Assembly: GCA_951406725.2 (NCBI GenBank)
Contig: OX597815.1
Location: 142,662,001 to 142,726,000 of the forward strand
DNA: 64,000 bases
Reading direction: 5' to 3'
From: Octopus vulgaris
Taxonomy: Eukaryota
Every line of letters begins with the position of its first letter. The stretch's first letter is position 1. The translations under genes and the position numbers were made by a program. The notes beneath the pieces are model-generated. The model searched no databases. It worked only from the letters and a program-made list of their open reading frames with translations, and had not been told where the DNA came from. This document shows positions 52,286 through 64,000 of this stretch, one piece after another.

Positions 52286-55200
52286 TGCGATACATATTTT
52301 CTATCTTTATTCTACGTTATTTCTTCAGTGATTGAGTTGGAGTTTAATTTATACAAATGATAATTTAATTCAGACGATTAATCTGGAACTCTAGGAATAA
52401 ATGTATCTAAACATCTTTATGGTATGATTTTGTTTAGACTTTTGGATAAATAGTGTAATTGTGGAGGCTTTAAAGTCAAAGCTGTTACAACATAGATACT
52501 AGACAGAATAATTTTGGTGTAATTAAAAAAGAGACTTCTCATCTTTCTCTGTTCGTTGCATCCACAAAGCAGAAGGATTTTCTAGAAAATTAATAATGGT
52601 ATGTGTGTGTGTGTGTATGCGTGCGTGCGTGTGCGCATATGTGTGTTTGTGAGAGTGTGTGTGTGTGTATAGGTATGTATAGGTATGTGTCTGTTATCGA
52701 TCTATAAACACAAACGCACACACACGCACACAAACATACATACACACATACACACACACATACGCACACGTATATATGTGGAAGTTCAAGCATCACCCGA
52801 ATTTGATCGTACCACTAAAGCAAGCTGAATAACTTTAACCTAATCATTATTCTATATTCTGTTTACTTCTCTCATTCTGCCATGCACATAGCAACCGTAT
52901 ATCAATGCTTTCAGGTAGACATGCTGGAAGCCAAGTCTGTGCACATCACTCCTATCTAATACAAACGCATAACGCGTTATGAAATTTTAGAACGTTTATG
53001 AAATTAATAAACTGAGTTTATCAATTGGAAGGCAAGTGCTAATGCCCTCAGATAATTCTAGGTTTGTGCGTATGTATGTTATTATATTTATGCATGTGCG
53101 TATGTATTCCTATGTAAATGTATGCGCTGTGTGCGTGTGGACGTACACGTGAATGAATACAGGTGCACAAGTAAACACAAATTAAATAATGCATGTATAA
53201 GCAAGTATGCTTATATTAATGCAGATAAATATAACTCGGTGAAACTATAGAACTAGAAGAGTATGTGGAATCAAGAGCATTTGGAATATTGGGTTCAAAG
53301 AAGTCGAAAGCTGCCTGTGGGACTGGAACTCATATAATCTATGGACATGACAAACGTGCTACTATTTTACCAAAACAGTCCTTCGAATTACCTCTATCGA
53401 AGTACCTTATATTTTTATTATGTATATATTATATACATTGAAGTTTATTCATCTCTGCCTTAGGTGTAGAAATTCATCTATTTTCCTTTCTTTACATACT
53501 TATGTCTCTTTTTTTCCTTTTTTCCCATCTTTATTTTCTACTTGCTTTCTCCATTTCTAACAGTAATTTTCCCTCTTTTTCTTGTATACCTAGTATACGT
53601 CCTCCTCTAAAGATTGCTTTCTTTCTATTTCTCTCCCAAAATGATTATAAAACACCTCACTGTCCCTCCAACGTTGATCATAGGGTCTAAAGAGACGCTG
53701 TAAAGCTAAGCACTTTATCGACGTGAAACTCAGAGTAACCCGATGGACCAGCCATAACTACCAATGTCTAATTACTCTATTACTCTATAACTTAGAGTGT
53801 GCTTCTCTTTTGGATTTATGATTTACTGTCAATGTGTGTGTGTGTGTGTGTGTTTCTGTCTATTTTCTATCTGTTTATCTAATTATTTGACGTATGCCTG
53901 TACTGATGAACGAACAGGCTAATGACAAATACGTACCTTAATTTTTTTCTGACCAAACCCTGACGAAAGGATCTCGAGAAACAACTTGCATATCATATCA
54001 TCGAACTACAAACAACTACTAACAACACGATACTCACGGCACATGTTCTGCAATAAGAAATAGCTGAAAAATTAAATTAGCAGCTAGAATAACAATATAT
54101 AAATGATACAACATACACATACTATTCAACATATCTCACAAAGTAACGCCGTGCACTCCTCTGGGCCTCGGAGATACCCATCGTAATGCAGCTGAAATTT
54201 ACATAAAATTGCGGAATACATGGTCAAAATGACAGTAAGCATGCTTTCTTGATTTTCTATGTTCGGCACCAGGCTGAAAATGTCGCTAGAGTTCATTAAC
54301 TACTGTATATGTCTGGTACTTATTTTTCGATTTGAAGTGAATTATAGCCAAGATGTCTATTAGCAACATGGACTGGAATCAAATCCAAAAGAACTCAACC
54401 CAATAACGACGTTTTGCTAAGTTTGATAATTAATTGACTCAACAAAGGTAAGCAGACTAATAATGGTATGGGTGAAATTTAGATTCAGCACAAGAATGCT
54501 GCTGACATTGAGGTGGATGCTGATAAGGTTGTTGAAGGGTATGATAATGATTAGCATCATGATACTCCTCATCATCGTCGTCATCGCCATCATCATCACC
54601 ATCATCATCCTAATATCATCATCGTCGTTGTCATCGTCATCATCACTGCGGTGGTAATAATGATGAGGAAAATTATGATGGTCGTTGTGAGTAGTAAGTA
54701 GAATCAACTTTACATTCATTAGTTCATTCGCCTCGTCTCTCCTCTTCTATTCAACTTTATCATCAGCATTATTATCAACATCTCAATGTTTAAGTAAACT
54801 AGTTAAGCTCTTCCCAAAAACCATCGTTGTGTTCTGGGGCAGTAGTTGGTGGCGATGTTCTGCGGTGTGGTGGAGAAATACTGTGTGATGTGGTGCACTA
54901 TTCGTTCGATAAACCGATACAGACCCAATATTTGCAATTTAACGAGACTTTACAACATTTTCCCACAATTCAACTATTTTTGTATTCTTTTGTAGCCTTC
55001 AGAATTTTAGGATATATAATTAAATATGTAAATAATGAAACATTGAAAACTATCTTGGTTGGTTGTCCACTACACAGCATTATCTCAGAAAACCAGCCAA
55101 GTGGGCGTTCTTTCATTTACAACTTGATTCTATTCAGCCGTTATACAAGATTTTAGCGAACTATGTGCTGAAACGAAAATAAAAATAAAGAACATTAATA

Positions 55201-56091
55201 AAATGTAAAGTAGTGAAGGAAAAACAGATTATATGAATAGAGAGTATTTAGCAAAAAGAAAATCTATATGCGTACCAGCAGATCTCCAACAACCAAGTCG
55301 AGTTGGTTGTTGTGTATTTACATCACGCATCAATTTTAAATTTAATCAAAATCACGCAGAATGCCAAAAATGGTCGATAGATTCACTGTCTCTGGTTCAC
55401 GGATATAAATTTGCAGAGAAGAGGATTTGAATTAAGTTACAAATGTAAAAATAACAAAATAAATTGTAAAATTTAGAATAAATATTTGCTAACAAAAAAA
55501 AATAGTATGAAAAAGGAGAGAGAAAATTATATAGAAGAGGAAGGTAAAGAAAGTCAAAATACTGCAAAAAAGTGTAGGATGTAATAAAATGTAGCCGATA
55601 TCTTTGTTCTTGTTGCTATTATGGTGATTGTTTCTATAAAAAGTGAAGACGGGCCATGAACTTATTTTCAAATACAATTTACTCTAATCCTTTTCATAAA
55701 AGCAAGAGACACGGAATGGATAAATTATCAGAATTAATGATTCTGTGAAATATCCTCTAGAGTATATCAATGTGTTTATTTAAAACGGAAATATTAAAGC
55801 TAAAACAATAAATGGTTTACGAATAGGATCAGGAGCCAAATTGTCGAAATTTAGTGAGATGTAAGTTAATTTCCGTAATGATATTAATACAGCGGAAACA
55901 ATACGATGTAGACCGCATACGAGTAAGTAGTCGGTCTGTGGATAATTAAGAAAGATCTTCAGAAGACAGAGACAAATATAGTTCGATACAGATTCCTTGG
56001 TTTAAGCCGCAATGTATTGTTAATGAGATGTCAAATGTCACGTTGTCTGGTGAGTATAGACATATAGGGGCACAGGAATACACGTATTATA

Positions 56092-56151
<60 letters not shown>

Positions 56152-56864
56152 AAACACACAGAGACACGTCTATATATATATATGTATATATATATACACA
56201 TAACACACAGAGACACGTCTATATATATATATGTATATATACATACAGACATATGTGTATTAGTGCGCGTGTATATGTGTGTGTGTGTCTGTGCTTCACA
56301 CGTATACACACATAAAATCTTTAGTGATACCTTGATGTGGTTTGAGATGTGTTTACATTCTTTCATCGTATCAAATTTGAGCTAATTATTATGGTTTCAG
56401 ATCAACTATATCTATAATGTAAAGCATTCCAACTATGACTATACGGATGTTCCCTTCGGGCATTTGACAACATTATTGTAATAAACCTTCTTGTCTTATA
56501 TTTGTTTGTGCTATACGACGATTGTATGCTTCTTCAGAAAGATATGTGATTGCTATTCCAAATAAGGTACAGCAATAATGTAGAGCAGGAACATAAAAAA
56601 TCATTTGACTTTGCAGGCATGATTGAGGTATAAACTAGTTTCCAAAGGACTGGTTATGGACTATTCGTAAAAGAAACATGATAATGTTGGCCAAAGTAAA
56701 TGGTGGAAGGAGTTAATATACATTACAACAACTTTATTAACAATAAGTTGTTTCCTTAAGAGCCTCAAAACTGAGAGCAGAAATAGAATTTGCTCAAATA
56801 AATGCTGGCAGATTCTGGGAAGATTATCTCTTGCTAGAGAGCCAACACTGTTTCTGCTGCGGTA

Positions 56865-58672
56865 TTATCTTTGTCCTTTATAAGGTGCTTCAATAACAAA
56901 ATATCTCACTGTATACCACAAAGCAATATTTGTGCTGTGAACATAAAGTATTAACTTCTTTATATGTACCATCAGGCTCGAGTTTAATCGGGTAAGGAAT
57001 CGCATCGATTTTGGAGAATGCTCAATGAATATGAATTCGCAGATATTCCTATCTCTTTTTTTTTTTTCGAATGAAAATATAAAAGTAAAAAATGAAAAAC
57101 TAAGCATTCAAAATTACGCCGAACGGCACACAAGATGCAAAACAGCCAAACAAAAAAATTCAGAAATATTACGGGATAAGAATATACAAACTGTTATATC
57201 TAAGTTACTTTTAATCGTTCATAGTTTCTGAACTTTATCAAATAACACACAATAATGGACAGAAGCTGATCACACGTCTTTATATAACCATCAGTCAATC
57301 GTAGATTAAATTACATGATAAAAAGAGAATGCAAATATGTTTTTTTGTATACCTACGAAATAATGTGTAGTAACTATGTTCTATTCTCATTCCCTGAAAG
57401 ATGATATAACATTTATTGCTCTGATGAGGTGGCTACTCTCTAGCATTCAAACAACAAAAGCTGTAACCTCTTGTCACAGTATTCACGACGTGAATGCACA
57501 ATAATGGACATTCTGCTCAGTCTCTCTTCCTTAAAATTTCATTTTTACTCGGCAATGTTGCTAACCAAGAATCTTCTACAACAAAATGTTCAAATGTGCG
57601 GTCCTAGGCAATGTATACGCTCGTCCCGCAAATGAATTCTATTAAAAAATCGATTTCCTTTTAATTGAACGAATAATTGCATTCATTTGGAAAACAAAAA
57701 TAACCACTTCCTTATGGTTTGGGATGCAGAGGGCTCATCTTTTTGTATATGGGTTCATCAGCTTATTTTTCATTAGATGATGAAATAAAAGATTCTCTAA
57801 GATGCGCTGACTTGATTGATAATAATCACTGCTATTCACAAATTTAGTTGGGCTTTGGTTCTGAACACATAGCAACGATATATATTTAACGAAAATTAAA
57901 AACAAATTAATTTTTTATAGAATTTTCTTTTTTTTTGTGGAGTCAGCGTATACATTGCCTAGGATCGCGCATTTGACATTTTCCCTGTTGAAGATTCTTG
58001 GTTAGCAACATTAGCGAGTAAAAGCGAAATGCTCAGGAAGAGACACTGAACAAAATGCCATTATTGTGTATTGATATCGTGAATATTGAGAAAAGGGGTT
58101 ACAGCTTTTGTTGTTTGAACACGAGAGAGTAGCCACCTCATCAGAGCAATACATGTTTTATTATTTTACAAGGGAGGAAAATAGAACATGATTACTACAG
58201 ATGATTTCGTAGGTATGCAAATAAACATATTTGCATTCTCTTTTTTATCGTGTCCTCTAATCTACGATTGACTAATAGTTATAGAATAACGTGTGATTAG
58301 CTTCTGTCTATTATTGCGTGTTGTTTGATAAAGTTCAGAAACTATGAACGACTAATGATGATTTATATATGACGGTTTGTATTTAACTAATCCGTAATAT
58401 TTCTGTGGATTATTTGGCTAACTATTCTGCATTTTATGTGCCGTTCGGCGTAAATGTGAGTGCTCAGTTTTCAAATTTTATTTTTATATTTTAATTTGCG
58501 AATTCATATTCATTGAACATTTTCCAAGTTCGATGCGATCCTTTACCTGATTAAACTCGAGCCAGATGATCCATGTGAGGAAGTCAATGCTTTGAGTTCC
58601 CGACAGAAATATTGGTTTGTGGTATGTAGTGAAAGATTTTGTGAATGAAGCATGTTAGATAACAAAACTAAT
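56865..58672. repeat. Long diverged inverted repeat (arms ~56865-57666 and ~57895-58672)
   Basis: Colinear reverse-complement blocks, e.g. CCTAGGCAATGTATACGCT/AGCGTATACATTGCCTAGG, CTCTGATGAGGTGGCTACTCTC/GAGAGTAGCCACCTCATCAGAG, GGCTCGAGTTTAATC/GATTAAACTCGAGCC. Confidence 0.92.
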
Positions 58673-59009
58673 AAGAGGAAGATTAATGGGACAATGCATG
58701 GTTTAATAATTCGGTAGTGCTGCTAGATGCAGTATTGAAGCTTATATGTCTAATGTGCTTACAAGATATACAATAAAACGACTCGTCATTACTTTTGCAA
58801 AATGCAATAATGTTCTTTTTTTCTGTCTAAATAGATCTGACATTATTGCAGGTGTGCCACATGTCCCGTTAAGCATAGGATTTTTGATGCGTTGTTCGAT
58901 CATTATACTTTGAAAACTAATAGTTCCTGGGGTTGCTGTTTCTGACGGGAATACCGTGGTCTTGAAATTTATAACCTACAACTCTCAATGTTCAAGTAGC
59001 ACCAGAAAC

Positions 59010-59176
59010 ATTATTTACATTATTTAGATTTGAGGGATATTTGTCCTCGTCATGGTCGTTGTTAACACAACGTTTCGGCTAATATAACCTCCAGTATTCA
59101 TCAGGTGTCTCGGGGAAATTTCGAACCTGGGTTCTCATTCGTAAGGTATTTTTCGATGTTGTTGTTGTTATTATTA

Positions 59177-59231
<55 letters not shown>

Positions 59232-59332
59232 TCAGGTCACTGCGTGGAATCGAACTCGGAATCTTGAGGTTAGTAGACCGCGCTCTTAACCACTACGCCA
59301 TATGCCCGTCAAATGTAAATAATGTAAATAAT
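59010..59332 (-). mobile_element. tRNA-headed short retroelement carrying a hammerhead motif, with inverted ends
   Basis: A box TGGCGTAGTGG (59290-59300), B box GAGTTCGATTCC (59246-59257), (TAA)n, HHR core at 59064-59109; 27-bp inverted ends 59010-59036 / 59306-59332. Confidence 0.75.
59064..59109 (-). ncRNA. Hammerhead ribozyme motif (canonical core, stem II eroded)
   Basis: Minus strand GACAC CTGATGA A TACTGGAGGTTATATTAGCC GAAAC GTT GTGTT. Confidence 0.65.
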
Positions 59333-60687
59333 ATAGATTCCTCATCCTTTACTCTTTTACTTGTTTCAGTCATTTGATTGTGGCCATGCTGGAGCACCGC
59401 CTTTAGTCGAGCATTACTGACTAAAGAAGAATGGGAGGATGTGGTCAGCAACACTAGATTAAAATGACTCCAATATTTACAGGTATTTTATTTTATCCAC
59501 CAGACAAAGAAGCATGTCAATGTTGGTTTCACTATATTTGAACTCAGAACATAAAAATGATGAAGTAAATACCGTAACGGAATTTTTATCTGATGATCTA
59601 ATTCCTAATCCAGTGCCATGAATAAATGAGATTAAACGTTCAGTGATTTCCGTTTGTAATTAAAGTGTACAATCATAAATGCATGGTTACTTAAAAACAA
59701 TTGAAAACAAGCTTAATTTTAAATATAAAAGTCGAGGGAAAATATAGGAATCTTCTAAAGAAAGGGAATGACATATTTGGCGCGTATAACAGGATACTGT
59801 TTCCCACAGGATGTAGCAACAAAACCTTGTATTCACCATTCTTGATAAGCAATTTCTATAGCAAACGTATGGAATCCACCGGTTGAAACTATGATGATAA
59901 CTGCTCGAGAAAACGATAAAACATAGAAAGACAGATGGACCATTACCATCTGACTAACTTAAACACCACTTCAATGGCCGAATAAAATGAGAGATGGTCA
60001 TAACAGGACATCTGACTCTAAACCACGATTCGGGTTAATTTCGAAAGGGAAAGAAAAATATAAACATTTATACTCTATTTTATATTTTATTTTTTATTCC
60101 CTTTCGAAATTACCCCTAATAGTAGTTTAGAGTTTAACTACTCTTTCTAGCGAGTCAGATGTCCTGTTATGCCCATCTCTAATGTGTTTAAATGTACACT
60201 GTATTTTTATATGAATAATGTATAGTCTATTGACTAGTTTCTTCTCGCTGGATGCATAGAAATTTTTCTAAGTCTTTTTGCTACCCTGAGATTTATTGAT
60301 TAATGATAATTTTTTTTTTTTGGCTAATTTTGAAAGTAAAATCGGCATCTTTTGTATTTACTGCCGATAAAAAACCGCGCGAACGCGGTGGATTTTGAAA
60401 AATTATAACACGTAAACACGATGCATGTTCTTTATCGCCTAGTTTTTACATGTTAATCATTGCTTTCCTGCTGACGATAGCTTCGCCTACGTAAATAATT
60501 TTATTTCTTTACTAAAGATTGCTTGAAATCATGCATGATACAGGAAATAGAGGGTAAATGTTTTATTTTTTTTTATTTTTCATTTCCGTTCGAAATTACT
60601 CCTAATACTGGTTTAGAGTTTATCAACTCTTTCTAGCGAATCACATGTCCTCTTATTATGGCTATCACGTATGTGTTTAAATGCACA

Positions 60688-60750
<63 letters not shown>

Positions 60751-61488
60751 GATACAAATAAGACGACAATTTATTGTAGAACATCAGAAATATAGGGTAA
60801 ATTACCCTTACAAAGCAGAAAATATTTGTCAACAAACAACCAAGGAACTCAAAACCTCATCTCTTATCATTAAGCTAAACTGCTCGTTCACAAATTAATC
60901 TGCGTTCGAAAATAATTATCATCTTAATTGTATATTGCAATACACAATGAGACAATGATAATTTCTATATATTTTATACACGTTTTATATTTATATACAC
61001 ATTTAGCTTTATATAGTCTAAAATTCCAGATTACTTTCTCAACGGGAAGTTTACTTTAATGGTAAAGCACTCGGTCGGATTCTTCAAGGGATGTGGGTTC
61101 GAGTCCCATGGCTGTTTATTGACAAATCTTTCTGCTTGGTAATGATAATTCACCCTATATTTCTGCTGTTCTAAGTTATCATCTTATTTGTATTTTACAA
61201 TACACATTCCGACTTCATGATTTTTATGTTCTGAGTTCAAATATAGTGAAACGAACATTGACATGCTTCCTTGTCTGGTGGATAAAATAAAATACCTGTA
61301 AATATTGGAGTCATTTTGATCTAGTGTTGCTGACCACATCCTCCCATTCTTCTTTAGTCAGTAATGCTCGACTAAAGGCGGTGCTCCAGCATGGTCACAA
61401 TCAAATGACTGAAACAAGTAAAAGATGAGGAATCTATATTATGTACATTATTTACATTTGACGGGCATATGGCGTAGTGGTTAAGAGC
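59282..61488. repeat. Near-identical inverted duplication (59282-59566 / 61212-61488)
   Basis: About 280 bp reverse-complement match with roughly six substitutions and one 8-nt indel. Confidence 0.93.
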
Positions 61489-61563
61489 ACGATAAATTAC
61501 CACTGGTAGTAAAGAAATTTTTCGAAATTTTTTTACTAACCTGAGATTTATTAATTATATATA

Positions 61564-61616
<53 letters not shown>

Positions 61617-61703
61617 GGTTAAGAGCACTATTTAAATATCGAACTTATCAAGTGGCCAGTATGGGAATAAAAAAATTTCAAATGTAATAATTATTTTTTA
61701 AAT

Positions 61704-61838
61704 TATAATTTAGGGTATCTAAGAGATACCACCACGCTTGAAATAGCAGCCAAAACTCTAAAACTACATGTTGTTTTAGAGTCATGTTTGGGCTGCTATT
61801 TCAAGCGTGGTGGTATCTCTTAGATTCCCTAAATTATA
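61704..61838. repeat. Near-perfect hairpin/palindrome
   Basis: 61704-61751 vs 61791-61838 is 47/48 complementary, plus an inner stem ACTCTAAAAC/GTTTTAGAGT. Confidence 0.95.
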
Positions 61839-62825
61839 TATCATATCATATCATATATACATCATAACATTGCATATCTTATAGGCACATGATTTACTAT
61901 GTATGAAGAATTCGGCATTTTAAGATGCAGCAGTTAGTAAAGTGCAAGTATTAAGACACCAGTATGTTTGTCTCTTCTATTTGCCTATAGGCTGTAGTTA
62001 GCCAGATAGCGATACTGCCTAGTTAACTTTTTATCTCCTTCGCAGTGCCAACATTAATAATATTTGAAAGCTATCGTTCTACTAAATTAAATATCAGTCA
62101 ATTGAAGTAGAATTCTCTTTCTGACACTTTTAAATGGCTAAAGAGAAGGACTTAGACGTATTTGGCTTCATTATCTCAACGATGCTGTCACTGTGCGTGA
62201 TATTATAAAATTGCATGGTGCCAATATATAAGGAATATTAACTCGGCTAGGCGCTTGTTTAGGATTCCAATTTGGTTGCATTGTAAATTTATTCCTTTTT
62301 TACGACTTACATAGAATAAACTTTTGTCAGGTAAGATGACGCTGGTTGATTTCAAAACTGTGTGGAAGTAGTGTGAGCCGAAACATAAAAGTTAATTAGA
62401 CACAGGGGAAGTAATTGCTGAAGATGTGTTAAATTTGAAGAGAATGAATACTGTCGGTATTCATCTGCGATTTATTTCCATTCTATTTTGTACTTTCTGT
62501 TTTGCCCCTCCGTTTGGCAATTTGTCTTTATTGATATATCTCCTTCACTCTTTCTTTCTCTATCCTTGTCTCTCTCTTTCTAAATATCTCTTATAAATAT
62601 ATCTTACTATTCTCAGTGTTCCATTTCCTCTCTCTCCGATTCTCTGCCTTTCACTTCCTTTATGTCACCTCTTTTACACTATTCGTTAAATCCTATCAAT
62701 TTATATACGAGAGCAGTCATGCAAAATGACCCATGGTTTCAGGTTTCTTCAGTACATATGGAGTCACATGTATGTTAAGTGTATCTTCCAGTCAACAATT
62801 CTATTTATTTCTCTCTCTTCCCCTT

Positions 62826-63975
<1,150 letters not shown>

Positions 63976-64000
63976 AGAGAGAGACAGAGAGACAGAGAGA

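Noticed and set aside
57421-57470. CTGATGAG hammerhead-like start in the long inverted repeat
   Set aside because: Both arms read TTCAAAC rather than GAAAC, and there is no stem I/III pairing.
61045-61115. Functional tRNA gene (also the heads at 6470, 38110-38181, 38890-38962 and 59232-59308)
   Set aside because: Acceptor and anticodon stems do not pair properly and each continues into a repeat body; these are SINE-type heads.
61755-61782. GTTTTAGAG resembling a Cas9-type CRISPR repeat
   Set aside because: Single occurrence in a local palindrome in eukaryotic DNA; no spacers and no cas genes.

Overview
AT-rich, microsatellite-dense eukaryotic intergenic or intronic DNA. The SINE repertoire and composition point to a coleoid cephalopod, probably Octopus (inference). 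No host protein-coding exon can be supported, and almost all short ORFs in the track are microsatellite artefacts. The real coding potential is all transposon-derived: a near-intact 5'-truncated R4/Dong-clade RLE LINE in (TAA)n with older relatives beside it, a Neptune-like Penelope element (RT + GIY-YIG) ending in a hammerhead-like motif, a full-length DD34E Tc1 with long IR/DR-type TIRs, a Tx1/L1 3' fragment, and RTE, Tc1 and mariner remnants. Non-coding elements include many tRNA-derived SINEs (several with TSDs), two complete non-autonomous Helitrons and a Merlin-like element with an 8-bp TSD. The most unusual part is 56.9-61.8 kb, a dense cluster of nested inverted repeats. It contains a tRNA-headed, hammerhead-bearing element with Penelope-style inverted ends, a candidate Pol III 'SINE-retrozyme' that could be mobilised by Penelope-like elements. 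All alignments and identities were judged by eye.
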